Source of the DNA: Amphiscolops sp. MND2022
Lineage: Eukaryota
Assembly (NCBI GenBank): GCA_964187785.1
Contig: OZ076411.1
Location: 23,064,001 to 23,128,000, forward strand
DNA: 64,000 nt
Direction of reading: 5' to 3'
In this document: one piece after another, positions 49,645 through 63,604 of the stretch
Layout: each line of letters opens with the position of its first letter
Numbering within the stretch: the stretch's first letter is position 1
Notes under the pieces: generated by a model
The model's input: only the letters and a program-made list of their open reading frames with translations
The model's database searches: none
Told to the model about the DNA's origin: nothing
Made by a program: the position numbers and the translations under genes

Positions 49645-50585
49645 CACTATGGTAGCAAAAAGCGACGTACAGCTGGAAATAAAATCTTAATCATTTTGAT
49701 TCTCAACCGGAAGTGAAATCAATAACTCTTGAATTAAACATTGTTGAAAATGGTCAAACCTTTGGATTCATACGTTGTTTGCAAAATCGTTACACTTCGC
49801 GAAATGGGTTTATCATACAAAGAAATTAAAGAAAAGTTCGACAGCTCCAACAGCTTATCAGCGTTTTTTGAGACGAACTCTTATGTGGCGAAAAAACCTC
49901 CAGGCCGGCCAGAAAAGCTCAGCGAAAAAGAGCAAAGACTAATAGTTCGCAGAGTGGAAAAAGACCCAAAAACAACAATAAAACAAGTAAGAGTACTGCA
50001 AAACTCTTTTTCAACGTCAGAGACAGTTTCTAAATGTACTATTCGAAGAATCCTGAAAAAGTACGGAATTGTTTCTAGAAAAGCCGCAAAAAAGTTCAAC
50101 TTGAACAAAAAACAAAGACTGATCAGAAAACGCTGGTGCTCGAGAATGTTGAAAAAGCCCCTTGGTTTTTATCCAGCGTCAATTTTCTACCGAAAATGGG
50201 AAAAAGTTTTGGAATTTTTTGAAAGAAAAAATATTTGAGAAAAATCTCAAAGTGTCGAAGAAACCAAAACGAAACCAGCTTACAGTCCTGACCTGAATCC
50301 TTTTGAAAATATTTGGGCCATTTAAAAAAAAATCTTGCGAGGTCAGATTGTTACCTGGGAGAATTTAGAAGAAAAGGTTATGGAAGTGTGGAACAACATA
50401 AACCCTGATGTTTTTCGCAACTTATACTGATCGTATGAGAATCGTCTGGTGAAGGTAATCAAAAACCATGGTAGTTTGACGGGATATTGATTCATTGTTT
50501 GTTTCAACAGTTGTTTCAAATTTTACTCTGTTTTGTGTTTTTTTTAAAAATATGTTGGTGTACGTAGCTTTTTGATACCATAGTG
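49645..50585 (+). mobile_element. Tc1/mariner transposon, internal deletion derivative (941 bp)
   Basis: TIRs cactatggta(g/t)caaaaagc(g/t)acgtaca flanked by TA (49643-44, 50586-87). HTH region PGRPEKLS...VSKCTIRRIL, then AYSPDLNPFENIWA. The segment holding the first two catalytic Asp is missing. Confidence 0.9.
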
Positions 50586-52570
50586 TATTTCGTTACCAAC
50601 AGTTCTCGACTATATCGAAAAATCGTCAACCTAATCTTGACGAATAATCATTTCCGTCCAAATTATTCTACACGTAATTTATTTTGGAAAACTTGATCAC
50701 AAGCGCTTCTAAGCAAAATTTTTGTGATGACAAAAGGTCCAGTGTTTAGAAATTTAGGTAGAGGCCTGTATGGAAAGAGATAGTACCTAGTTAAGAAAAA
50801 AATTTCAACTTAGCCTCTGGGGAAACAAGAAAAGGCATTGGTCTTGCGAAAAAATCTCTGAAAATCATCCACAGTATCCAACAGGCACTCAGAAGACTGG
50901 CGGGTGAGATAATGATGCTGTATTTTAGTGCTCGATCTCAGTCCCCAAAATAGTTTATCATTCAATGCGGAATGGAGACCGGATTTGCAGTGCCTCCAAA
51001 GTAACATTTTTTTAAAAACCCCTTGTTAGGATGAAGGAACAAATTTGATGCAACCGTAAACAGTAAAATCAAATTTTTCACTCGCCTAATTGAAACCGGA
51101 CGTTCACGTCAAGGCATCAAACGACTGTTTCAATTTCACTTCCTACTGTTAAAATTTCTTTGTGTTTTAAACATTTTATTCGAGTTACGCGGTGGAAATT
51201 GATGTCATTATCTCATAGCTCAAAATCTTAGCGAATATATCTATCTAGCAGATATATTAAAAGTCAAGATCAAAGTTATGGCTCTTTTTCCTTACCCCCC
51301 CCCCCCCACACACACACTTTTTAAAGAAAACAAACTCAACATAAAGGATTATATTTGACTATATCATTCAATATTTCTTCGAATAAGTCTTTTCCTTGTT
51401 TTGTTGTCTCCACACTATTAGTAGTTTTCCGCTTGAACAAAACATTTTTCACACAATTTGACTATGTTCGTATTGAGTGTTTATTGATGACTCAAAACAG
51501 GACGCTGTTGATTTCTTCATCAAAAATGCGTAACTACATAGGGAAAAAGTGTGAACAAAGTTTGTATCTGAATCCTAAACTATCAGCAATCAGAAATATG
51601 TGATTATTGCAAACTTTAGTTTGTTCACTCACTTCCGGACTTCAATAGTTGCGCAAACATTCCTGATAGCATGTCATAAGTTCCCTAACTACTTGAAACT
51701 TTGAAAACGTAATGTCCAAAAATTTTAAACGAGCTATGGTTTGTGAGTACGGCATATGCGTTTTCAATATTTCATCATACACAACAATCCCTAAAGGTTG
51801 CAACAAGTTGTAACCGCTGTTTCTTGTGAGTTTGCTACTTTTTGTAAAAATCCCATTGCATAGGTAGTTTGCTTATAAATTTTAAAAGCTGGCAACAACA
51901 GTAGTAATCTGGAAAAGTTTAATCATCAAGTTTTCTTTCACTTCTTGAATGACAATCCTCAAATTGAATGGTCCAATTTCTTACAATCTCCGCTAAGCTC
52001 AAAAAAGTACTCAAAAAAGCCAAAACGTCCGATTTTTGTTCTCACAATTTTTCAATATCCACTAAACTACACGAGACTGAAAAGTCTCGCTCTGAATTTT
52101 TTGGCACTGTGCGATATTTAAAGAATTTTCATTGAAAAAGCATTTGAAAAACTAGGTTTTTTTTGCATTTTGACCCCTAAGCGAGGAGCTGATTCTAGAC
52201 ATTCCCACCTTATCATGGTTTGATGTATTTGGGTTAGTCAATTAATGTTCTGGCTGTTGATGTATCTGATGTCGACCACGTTGCGGCAATAATCTAATTC
52301 ATCATGAATGTTTTTGTGCATTAGTTAGATAAGTATCGCATTTTCTCGACCATTCTCTTTGATACATGATCGCTAGTTTACTGCCCAGTTTTTGATGAAA
52401 ATTTCGACTCAAACAATTCCACATCGTGTTCAGATTGTTACGACCTGACCCAATCCATAGTCTCCTTGGCTGACTTTGGTGCCGAAAAGTTAACCCGTAG
52501 AAAGCGTTTCAAGGCGGCCAGTAGAGCAAGTTGTTGATTGATATTGACAACTTCAGTCGTAGCAGGTACA

Positions 52571-53140
52571 TTTTTAGTCGGCGCATTTTAACAAAATGAG
52601 CCCGACTATTACAGTGGCAAGCTTTTTTCGTCAGACAACAGCATGTATGCGTTGACACGTTTTTCTACAGAACTACTAAGCTAATGGGCCGGCAAGCAGA
52701 AACGCATTTACGGTAGTGCAAAGGGTCTCCCCTTTCGTGTACTCAATTTTTACGGAAGATACAAAACCGGACGGGACTATAGGGTCCCTCTTTGAATTTT
52801 TTTCAGCTGTGTGCAACTTTCGTTTCGAAATTTTTCTTGTCGCCCCTTCAAGTTTTTTGATATTTTATAGCAAACTGAAGTTTCAAAAAGCCCGAAGGGC
52901 CCCCTTGTTAGTTTTTCGGCACTGTGAGACTGTTTCAAAATTCTCATTTTTCGTTTTTTTTTCAAAATTTTTTTCGAATTTTCTTAAATGTTTCCAAAGG
53001 GCCCCCCTTCAACTTTTTTGATATTTTGCAACAATCTGGATTTTCAAAAAGTCGAAAGGGTCCCCCTTTTTACAATTTTCAAAACTTTGCGCTTTTTGAG
53101 CCTTAGATATAGCACCGACTTTAGACGTTCCCGTCTTGTT
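52571..53140 (-). mobile_element. HINE-like family, complete copy
   Basis: tttttagtcggcgcattttaacaaaatgagcccgactat ... ttagacgttcccgtcttgtt. Confidence 0.75.
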
Positions 53141-53469
53141 TGTTATCTCCGTCTACATTTTCACATGGCAAACAAAATAATTCGGGAACGGTCGTTCTTC
53201 GATTAATTTCTTTGCTATTTTTTGAATTATGCGAAAAAAAAACTAAAGAGGGACTCTTTGTTCTTCTTCGCTTTTGCGAAAATAAAACAAAATGCCCGCT
53301 GAGCAGCGAGATATTTCCCGCCATGAATTGTTCTAAAATTAATAAATTTGAGGCTCAAGAATAGCCAATGCTCTATAAAAATGCTGAGAAGTTCGAAGAA
53401 ACGAAAGCTTTGATTCATCTTTGCCCAGTTTTAAAGGAAACACCTATTCTATTATTTCTGCAATAGTTG

Positions 53470-53720
53470 GCCACTTTTCGTTTTGTCGGCACTATGCGAC
53501 TTACCGAGTAAAAGAAATTTTTCAATATTTAAAAAACAATTTTCGAAGAACATTTTTCGCAATTTTAAGTTTTCGAGGTTTTCTGTAAAGGAAATAAGTT
53601 TCCCGAGTTTTGAGGGTGACCTCTTTGTTACTTTTGATCAGGTGGAACTGATGAAGTTTCTTATTGATTGTGGAAAAAACCTCTTTTCAGTTTTTTCGGC
53701 TCTGTGCGTCTTTTTGAAGT
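53470..53720 (-). mobile_element. HINE-like family, degenerate partial copy
   Basis: tcggcactatgcgacttaccg and ttttttcggc modules. Confidence 0.5.
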
Positions 53721-55099
53721 TTTCAATTGGTTGAAGGGTACCTACCCCCTTGTTTCATAGCACATTTCGGCTTGAGAAAAGTAATTTTGCGAGCTGAAAC
53801 TCGCAAAAAGTTTTTATGATTCCTGTTGGGCAAAAAAAGCGTTTCATAGTCTCAGGCGTACTTCTTGAGGTAATTTTTGGCACTGAGAAAATGGTAAAGG
53901 CTTGAAATTATGTCCTTTGCAAATTTAGGAAAGCTGAGCGATCCCGGTTTGTTATATTATTGCACATTGTTTCAGCAGAAGTGTGATAAATTGGAAATAG
54001 TTTTGACAACTGTGGGGTTAATTTGAGGAACTTTTCGAACATGAATCTACTGATGTCTCTTCAAAAATAGGACTACTGGAAAACAAGTTTAGCTGTTGTT
54101 GAATGCTTACACCATTCCAACCCACGAGTAGCTCGAAACACTTTTCATTGGAAGGTGTACTCCATATCTAGTGAATTTGCATGGAAAATTTTGAATAATA
54201 TATTTTGGACAAATTAGGTTGAAATTTACGTTTTCAAGTAAACTTTTTCAAAGTTGTGCTAATAAACTTGTCTGATACTAGACGTTTAACTAGATGTTTC
54301 AATCCTGAGCCTATGATGTTTCTGATTGAAGTAAATTTTTGGAAAGTGTCCAAAATTGCGACTATGTTGTCGAAATTTGAGAAAGTTCGGAAACTTTGAC
54401 ATCTTTGCTGTAAACTTGATGAACTCATCCTTTTTCCCCCAATTGCGTTTTGAACACCTTATTGTTTAAACACTGATGTCATTGGAATTTCTCTTATTCA
54501 AAAATTTTCGTGGTTCGACCAAAAATGGGATTAGTTTGTCAAACAACGTTCTTTTTTGTTGTTTCATGGATTTTTGAGTGATTTTGAGACCCATTCCAAC
54601 AAAAAATGCAGTTATCTCTTCAAAATTGCCTACTGGCGATACTGGGATCAATCTTCTTTGAGTGTTTAAAACCATTTTATGCAAGGAAGTATGTCAAAAA
54701 ATCAACAAAAAACTGCCTGAAAATGTAAAAAAAACATGAAAATTCTCAGTTTTTCCAATATTTGTGTCATTCTGAGGAAATTTCCAACCATAAGTTAGGC
54801 ATTTTTAAAAAACATGCTTCGGACTTAGTTTTATCATCTCGAGCGTTTCGAACCTTTTATTTTACCGAAATTTTCCAATCTCAAATAAAAATTCACTGAA
54901 AAAGTTAGAAATCGACGAAAATTTTCAAACTTTCGACTTTTTGCGGTCAATTTTCAGTCATTTTTCAACCAAAATCTGTAAATATTGCTTTGAAAGCTTA
55001 ATTGATTATGAGTTCGGTCTTTGTTGAACGTTTGCTGACATTCTGACACCAAAACGATTTAAAATGTACACAAGTTGCACAAAAACTAAGTTTTCGACT

Positions 55100-55860
55100 C
55101 CTTTGGAGTCATTCTGAAGTGTTTGTGAAGCAAAACACTGTAATGATCTCTTCAAAAAAAATAATGCATAGCTCGTTTTTTGTTGTTGACTTGATTGTGG
55201 AACTCAGATTAAAATCTTTCGAAAAATGTGAAGAAATTGCATCAAAAACGACAAAAACTTCAATTTTTTTGACATCTCAGGTCAATTTGAGGCACTTTTC
55301 TTTTACAAATTGAACTTATCTCTTAACGAAAGCTCACCAAAACAACATGTTTGCCAAAGCCTTAAGTGTTTTAACACTGTAGTCTACGAAGTTTATCGAT
55401 ATTTTGACGAAAAGTGAACAAACATATGAAAATTTGAAATTTTTTTCCTAGTTTTGTCTATTTCGATGTCGATTCGGATAATTTCCGATTGAAAAACTAC
55501 TTTTATTTCTTTTCTAGTTTAGCTGGACAACACATACTTTCCTTGCTGACCCTTTTCAATGTTCCAATTGACGAAGTCTGTCGAAAGTTTGGAAAAAATG
55601 CAATAAAGTTGTTTCGAAAATTGGAAACTTTTGGGTTTTTTGTCATTTTCTGTGTCAATTTGAGACATTTTCATTCAAAACATTGCAATTATCCCTTCAA
55701 AAAAGACTAATATACAACTAATTGTTTCCTTATTGGCCCTTTAAAACATTCCAATCCACGAAGTCTGTCGAAACTCTAACAAAAAATGCATAAAAACTTT
55801 GAAAATTGGAAAACTTTGTGGTTTTTGTCTTTTTCGTGGTCACCCAAAAATTCCAAAAAT
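55100..55860. repeat. Degenerate ~185-bp tandem array
   Basis: Recurring acgaagt(c/t)t(g/a)tcga (about 55385, 55572, 55760) and gtcaatttgag.ca.tttc motifs. Confidence 0.45.
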
Positions 55861-56539
55861 CTTTACAAATACATATCGCATGGAACTAAATTTATGTCAG
55901 GTGAATTCTCTGAATTTACCTCTTCATATTACGTATACAATTAGTTCTTGGCAAAGTTTGTAAAAAAAACGTTTGATTTAAATATTTTCCTTTCCCTTTT
56001 GAAATATGGGCGGAAAATAAAACATACATGCGCATCCCTGGACTCGAACACACATACACTTTCTTTACAGCCACACACTCATCGACTCTGGCCAAGTTGC
56101 AGTCCTAAACCTATACAGAAGCACGTTACACAAGGAACTCTGTCAATTCGCAAGCCTTAAAAAGCCACGATTATAGAGTCTGCGTTTTCTAGCGAAAATT
56201 ATAATGGCATCTCATAGTTTGAGAAGATATTTAAACTTTTTCTGCAATTTGATGCAAGTTTTGAATGTTTTCATATGACTATTGTATGACTACCTTTAGT
56301 TATATTTTCCCAATATTCAGTTTTTGACGAAATCTAGTTTTCTCAGAAGTCTTTGATCAAAAGAAAAACATAGGTGCGACGGCATGTCGCGCTTGGGCTC
56401 GAGCATTAACGTTCTACGGTCTGCAGAAGGTGCTACAAATTCTTTATTTTCCAGTGCCTACAACCTTGTGAACTTATCTAGTCTCAGATCATGAAATTTT
56501 GATGAAAGATCTAAAAACATGATTGAAAAAATTTTTTGA

Positions 56540-57070
56540 GAAAAATGAAATGTATTTTTTGCAGAAACCCGAAGGCGTCATACCTCATGACGGAAACTTT
56601 AATAAAACAAAAACTAGCCTACATCCTTGCCTCACTTAGTGAGGCAGATTGGTTTCTGTATCTATTTTCAGTTCTGAGAAATCAGCTACAATTTGGAAAA
56701 AATTGGAAAAAACTCAGAAAAAATTTTCCATTACTGTATATGCTCAAAAAAAGCAGAACGAAAAACTTTTGACGTCAGTTTCAGCCTAAAACGTAGCCTA
56801 CAAAGAAGCTCAAGTAAAAAAGAACCAGGAAAATTTTCATTTGAAAAATCAGAAAAATTTTTAGCAGAAAAACGAAGGCGTCATACTTGATGACGGAAAC
56901 TTTGTTGGTCCAAAAAGTAGCCTACATCCATGCTGTTTTTCTCGAAAGAGAATGGTTTCTGTATCTTTTATCAGTTTTGAGAAACATGAGTTACGAATAA
57001 GAAAAAAAATATTCGGAATTTTTCAAGTCTTTTTTGCCCAAAAGAACCTAGTTTGAAAAAATTGACGCCA
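56540..57070. repeat. Degenerate 303-bp tandem duplication
   Basis: gaaggcgtcatac.t.atgacggaaacttt...tagcctacatcc at 56571 and 56874. Confidence 0.7.
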
Positions 57071-57632
57071 TTTTGAGGCCAAAATGTAACCTATGATTGT
57101 ACAATTTACGAAACCATGGACCCTGTATTTAATCTCAGTTCTGAGTTATTGGGGATCAAAGATGAAAAACACTCGAAAATCGCGTTTTTTCAAAAAAAAT
57201 TTTTTCAAAAAAACCCATGAAGCCAATTTTTTGCTTTTTTCATTGAAATTGTAGCCGAAGATCCTGTGCAACATTTAGCGAAAACATGGTGTCCATATCT
57301 ATTCTGGGTTTTGATAAATTTGCCTCACAAGTTTGAAAAGGTAGCACATGTCACGAAATCTGCGAAAAAAAACGTCACCATATGGGCAACGCTCGAGCCC
57401 CAAAAATCAACCACACACCCTTCCACAGCAAGTTCTTGTGCAACAAACCCCAATGATATTCTGTTTTTACTACAAGCCCCAGCACAGCGACGATACCGGA
57501 AAAAGAGACTAAAATTCTGAAGGAAGAGACGCGCAGCGACAGAGGCTCACCTGACCAAAATGAAAGCCCAATACCAAATTTTTCAAACGCGCTCTAGATC
57601 GTTTCTCTGGTACTCATAGTTGTGGAGACATT

Positions 57633-58610
57633 GATGATTTAAAATTTTTTATCACTTTTTTGAAAAATGTTAAAAAAACGCCCAGGTCAATTGGTGCTAA
57701 CAAGTTACAAACAAAGTCTTTACTATTGCGATAAGCAAGTGTTATGGGAAAGTGCGCGTGCTTTTTTTTCCGCGCGACAAATCTCTCATTTCACGCGGCA
57801 AGTCGCAGATTTCACGCGTTCGTGGTCTAGTGGTAAGATGCTTGCTTTTCAACCCAGAGGTTTCGTGTTCGACCCGTGGGTATGCGCTTCTTTTTTTACA
57901 AGTATTCCGAGGCAGGAGGTTCTCACTTTTTTCGGCACTATGAGAATTTTGGGCGTTGTGAGACTTTTTTAGAAATTTTTAAATGTCCCCAAAGAGTCCT
58001 CCTTTCGATTTTTTTGATATCTTGCACCAGAACGAATGTTGAAAAATTCCAAAGAGTCCCTTTTTAGATTTTTCGGCACTATGAGACCATTAAAATTTCT
58101 CATTTTTTGTTTTTTTTTTCGAAATTTTTTTCTCAAAGACTCCAAAGAAAGAGTCCCCCTTCAATTTTTTGAAATTTTGCAACAGAATGGATGTTAAAAA
58201 ATCTCAAAGGGTCCCCTCTTTCACAGTTTGCGGCAATTTGACATTTTTCAAAAGGAATAATTTTCGTGTCAAAATTAGGTTTTCTCAGGTCCGGCACGCT
58301 ATATCCGATTTTTGTTGTTTTAAAAGACCGGTGCTTTTTCTATGCGACTTTTTAAAAAAATTGTTTCACCGAAGCCCCTCCTCAATTTTTGCCAGAAACG
58401 AAACGTTTTGCGAGAGTTGAGGACTCCTCAAGGTTTTCGGCACTATGCGACTTACCGTAGATCATCAAAAATACTTTCAAAAATTTTCGAATTTTTGTTT
58501 CTCAATTTTCTGTTTTTTAATGGTTTTTCGTTGAGAAAGATGGGTTTTTGGCTGTTTTCAGTTGGGTTTTCGAGACTTATGCGTATCCTTTCGGGTATTT
58601 TTTGGCGCTG
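57633..58610 (-). mobile_element. HINE-like subfamily copy carrying a tRNA-like segment
   Basis: Family modules (ttttcggcactatg, agggtcccc) from 57930 on; 57633-58031 is duplicated almost exactly at 63602-64000. Confidence 0.7.
57816..57887 (+). pseudogene. tRNA-derived (pseudo-tRNA / SINE-head-like) sequence, anticodon position TTC
   Basis: A box tggtctagtgg, D stem gtct/agat, loop ttttcaa and gttcgacc are present; anticodon and T stems are poorly paired. Confidence 0.55.
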
Positions 58611-59067
58611 TATATTGTAAAATTGATGAAATTTTAATGTCCTTTTACCCTTGATTCTCCTTATGATTTTGCTTATTTGGTTTTCTTCAAATAAGCTTCG
58701 ACTCGGTGTTTGATATTGTCAAAAACAAAAACATGTTTTCCGACAACCCCTGCTGTGAAACGATAAATTCCAGCTGTGTATGAGAGTTTATAGTCGAATC
58801 AATTTCTAGTTGTTAACTAGTTCGCATCGATGTTATTTTTTTGAACATTTGCATGGAATTATAGTGAAATCCAGTTTAAAAGTTTTCCGATTCAATATAG
58901 CTTCAAAGTGATTTGTTTCTTCAATTGTGAAAATAGTGCTTTTGCTTAGCTTTTATTGAGTTTGTTTGCATCTTCAGATCCTTCAGATGATTCTTTCTTC
59001 TTGTTAACTTTTCAAGTTAGCGTTTGGTTACCATCGAACTTACCATCGAAATTGTATGTAAGATTTC

Positions 59068-59221
59068 CAGAGTCGAATTATTTAGAATCGAATTTTACAG
59101 GGCACTATAGCAATGGTATAATATGAAAGAAATTTTCACTTTTCAATCCTAGATAAAATCAAGCTTCAATTCGATCCTAGATAATTTTGCACATTTTTCG
59201 ATCGTACATAATTCGACTCTG
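59068..59221. repeat. Small MITE-like element (atcg/cgat-rich)
   Basis: 14-bp inverted repeat cagagtcgaattat / ataattcgactctg; right half is paralogous to 39046-39140 in a CEP350 intron. Confidence 0.55.
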
Positions 59222-59895
59222 TACAGCAATCCCACATTTCATACCAATTCTAACTACTGTTAAATACTTGTTTGATCCTCAAATTGCTTTCTAATGAGCT
59301 AAGTTTTATTCGGTTGCCAACTCATGTACAATCTCTCATAAACTTGAAACACAAGATTTGAAACCTAAACAAACTGTAAAACCCAGTAAAGTGGTATTCA
59401 TTTAGGATTAAAACGCTGTAAGTTCTTTCACAAAATATGTGCAAGTTTTGTTTCATTCAGATAACAGGAAATGGAATGGGAGACACCGTAATCGTAACGT
59501 TCTATAAAAAAACTTACAGAGTAGCGGACACAACAAGATCAGAGTATTAAAACCTTCAGAGTAGTTGGAGAATCAGAATGTCAATGATTTTATTTATTGT
59601 TTAAAATAGGGATCAAATGTTACTTTTATCGCTATATTCTGCAAGAATACTAGCCACACGATACAAGAATATCAGACTTCATGTTTGATTCTAAAGGAGG
59701 TTGTTATAAGACTACTCCAATAATTGTTTCTTCATGTGTTTTGAATTGATAAAGGACCATCAAAGGCCGTTATTGCCTCTAGAGAAAAAGGTCAAAATTC
59801 ACCGAGCTTTGAAATTCTTTTCAGGGTATTGTGAATTAATATACCTAATGACTTTGGAAAGTCTCACGACGACCTTGACTTTATTCCTGGCATTT

Positions 59896-60056
59896 ATTTT
59901 TTTCTTGATTTGCTTCTGGATTCAATAAAGAAACGGAGTTGTCCAGACATGTCTGGTTGACATTTCCAGATTATTTTTTTCCTGATTTCCTTCTGGATTA
60001 TTATTCAATAAAGAGGCGGAGTTGTTCAGATATATCTGGTTGACATTTTCAGATTA
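59896..60056. repeat. ~80-bp tandem duplication
   Basis: ttc.tgattt.cttctggatt...caataaaga..cggagttgt.caga.at.tctggttgacattt.cagatta occurs twice. Confidence 0.8.
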
Positions 60057-63000
60057 GTGTATATAAATAAATAAAAAAATCTACCGGTAGAATTTTTACC
60101 ATAGTTTATGACTTCTTTGACCCAATACTTCCCTTACTTCATGTGATTGGCGATTCAGCCAAAAAAGTCAAATAAAAACACAATACTACTTTCAAAAAAT
60201 TCTGGGTTTGTATCCTTACAGTAAATATCATATACACAAGACACTGATTTTTGATTTTGAAAAATTATCTAAAGAAAATACTTCTAATTTCATGGAAAAG
60301 CATGAATTGTCATGGTTTTTCGCACCAATTCTCGAGACTTTGACACTCATGACACTCTTCCATAGCAAGATTCAGCCATGATAACCCATGTTTTATTCAT
60401 GATCAATTCATGCAGCTCTATGGTGAAGCAAGCACTGTAGTAAATGTAGTTTTAAACAGAAAAAGTAGTTTTTTCTCAGTATTTCACTAAGCCTATCAGA
60501 AGCCTTTCTGCATGTTTGAAAACGAAATGTACCACTTTTTGATGAAATTAACTGCATACTAATGACACACATCTTGAAGGTTGTTTGAAACTAATTATAG
60601 ACATCATATAAAATCACTCAGAACAGCGTGTGCATTTTGATAATGTACATGCAATTTTGAAACCGTTTTCGACTTCTTCTGTTGAAACGATTACTCAGAT
60701 TTCGACTTCGAAACATATAACTACCGATCATTTTTTGAACCGAAATCAGAAGGTTTATGGAAGCTCTTGTCCCAAAAATTTCAAAACATTAAAGGTTTTA
60801 TATTGCGACTTTGTTATGCAAATTTCGCAAAACATTCGACTTCTTCACTGACTCTGGATCGCCACAAAGCTCGAAGACGAAATATTTAACTACTTAGCAT
60901 ACTTTCAAACTTAGGTTGCTTTGGTTTACAGAAAAGAAGAGATTCAATTCGGAAATTGCTCGAAATCGAAGTTGATTTCGCGGATTTTCACTGTGGTGTG
61001 GAACCATCACTTGACCCATGGCATAGCGAACCCTAAAATATGGATGAGAGTCCATGACTGGACAGCATGAGAATTTTTCAAACTCAGCGTCAATTCAGGC
61101 TTCAAGGTTTTTCATCAACTTCGGTTCAGAAAAGACCAAAGTCAAAACAATTGCTTATTTCAATCAATTACAAGAAAAACTTTATTAAAAAAGTTTCCTG
61201 CTTTAAGAGTTGCGCGAGCTCACCCTTTGCAAAAATAATTCAGACTTGAAGTTCCACAACATGTCTTCTCTAATGTTTCAGAAACAAAAGGGCTCAATAT
61301 GTGTTTTGACATTTATGAAAGGAATTAAGATGATGGGTATCTAAAGTAGATTCTAATTAGATCGCTTTAACTGACTTGAAAACATCAAAAAGACGGCAAT
61401 GCATCAAGTTTGAAATTTCAAATGAAGCTACAGCATTTTTATAATTTTCGCAAAAATCCCAACATGTTTTTGAAATCATGAAAACAGTTTTGTGAAAGGT
61501 TGCAAAATAAGTCGACAAGTTTTCAAAACAAATCTGGCAGGCTTCTGGTTTTCTGTAGCTGCGAGTCCACAAAGTCGCTGGCTAAATATAATCAAAGTCA
61601 CCCAGGCTTATTCTAACACAACTGCTTGTAAATATAAGCATAGAACCAACTGCAAAATATTGAATGTTGACTCGAAGGGTCTGAATGTTGCCAAAGTTAC
61701 AAATTCAAGACTCCTGCTTACTTCCTTTGATAACTATCTGTCAATCATTGGTGAAAACTAAAACCTCATGTTTTGTCCTCAAGGTTTCCTCAACGATTAA
61801 TATTATGGCACCGAAATTAACTCAGCGTCTGGAATTTAGAAGCTTTTCTCATAACGTTTGCTTTCTTGTAACTCAGTTTATTGGTTTTATAAAACGGCTG
61901 AGTTTGGAATGGAAAGTATAGTCCTCTCGGCTTAAAGATGGGAATTTATAGTATCTGTATAGTATTCGAAATGATTGAATTATTTGGAAAAACTTGATCA
62001 GTAAAACATTTTGGACCACCACTGTGAAACACTTGAAATGTGGCAAAAAAAATTTCTGGACAACAATTCAGAAAGTTTCAGTGGCAGAATGAATTAATTT
62101 TTTCGTTCGCGGTAGCAATAAGTTTTTAGTGCCCGAGATAATCTGAAAGAAACAGCTTGTTTCGGTGTTGAGAAGAATGTAGCCAAAGATTCAACTAAAT
62201 GTTATAAAAAAAAACATAAAGTGAATCCTTTTCTCAGTTTCGTATGTTTCACCTTGTAATAGTGTTCTCGTCCATGGATTGACCTTGTCACATCGCCTAC
62301 CATTTGAGGTCATTGACTACAACCGAGAGACGATGAAAAGTTGTTGACTAACAAACTTTAATACAGCCCAGCTGATATCATTGCTTCTTTAAATGATCAA
62401 TTGCTGAATTTATGTTCCATTGAATTCATTGTATGCTATTTAGATTTCTCATTCAGGTCTTATTAGACCCGTACACGAATCAACCATGAATGTACATCCA
62501 ATTGGTGAAAACTTATTTGTGAAAATGATTTTCAACTAATATTTCTTCATCCAGGCAGTTTTTCATCTGAAAAGGTCTTCGAGTAACTTCAAAGTAAAGT
62601 GCTGAGAATTTTGAAAGACGAATAGTGAGATGATATTTGTCAAGAAATTGTCAATGGGCTGAAAACAAAGCGAGTTTGTCCAATATAAGTACTTCCAAAA
62701 CAGCTTTCCTTCACTTCTCTGTTTTAACATATCATCGGGATTGGGTCCTTCGCAAAAACAGTGGTTCAATCATCTTGAAAATCTGAGCTGGTAATGAAAA
62801 TTCCTGAAGATCCATTGTGCAGCCTACTTTTCTGAATAGGAAAATTTTCAAGTAAAAAAGTAATAGGAGAATACAAAGTGCGTCTGTGATTTAAAAAAAA
62901 TACGGTGCTGTTTCAAAAGTGTTTTCGGCCCTTGATTGCGCTCGATCTTAGATTTTTGATGAAGAATTGTTATACAAAGCATTTGGTTCTGTCTTTGCTC

Positions 63001-63395
63001 TCTCATACAGTAATTTAACACAGATTGAGATCGGACTATGTCTGTTAATCGTTCAGATTTCTAGCTGAGTTTTTTCTATGAATCCGAACACAGCACAAAT
63101 GTAGCAACATGAGGCCGGTACTTGAAGATCTGATTAGCTAGATACTATTATTATACGGTGTAATACCGAACCGATTCCTTCGGTTGACAATGTCAATCAA
63201 ACTTTGATCTTTTTATAGTCCTAAATGAGATTTATGTTTATATACATTTGTAAACATTGTGCTAGATTTCTCGTGCTAGAAATACATCATTTAGTTACCG
63301 TTGAACTTAGAGAAAAGATCGTTTTGACATTGCTTTCTGTTAGAAGATATATTTTACAAAACACTGTTTTTATTGTCTAACCAAGAAATAGAACA

Positions 63396-63604
63396 TGGCG
63401 CAGTCAGCAAATTGAAATTATCCAAGAATATTTCAACAAAACAAAGAAAATGACAGAAGAAAGCAAGATTGAAGTACCGAATTTCGAAGCCACATCAGAC
63501 GGAAAAAAGATATTTACACCGAAACAATGGCTCGAAAGATTCCGGCAATACGCAAAAAGGAAACACAAAATGGACATTACCGAACTGATACGGGGAGCCG
63601 AGAT
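63396..63604 (+). pseudogene. Ty3/Gypsy 5' end: PBS-like site plus gag start, interrupted
   Basis: ...gaaca|tggcgcagtcag (LTR end plus PBS-like). ATG at 63450 gives MTEESKIEVPNFEATSDGKKIFTPKQWLERFRQYAKRKHKMDITELIRGAE, cut by the insertion at 63602. Confidence 0.55.

Noticed and set aside
57816-57887. Functional tRNA-Glu(TTC) gene
   Set aside because: Anticodon and T stems are largely unpaired and the sequence sits inside a duplicated mobile element; kept only as a pseudo-tRNA.
61100-62830. Cys-containing minus-strand ORFs (61357-61572, 62563-62769) and a frame with several TGA stops suggesting recoding
   Set aside because: Stop density (about 1 per 20 codons, including TAA and TAG) is what random AT-rich DNA gives; no splice-consistent model or known domain.
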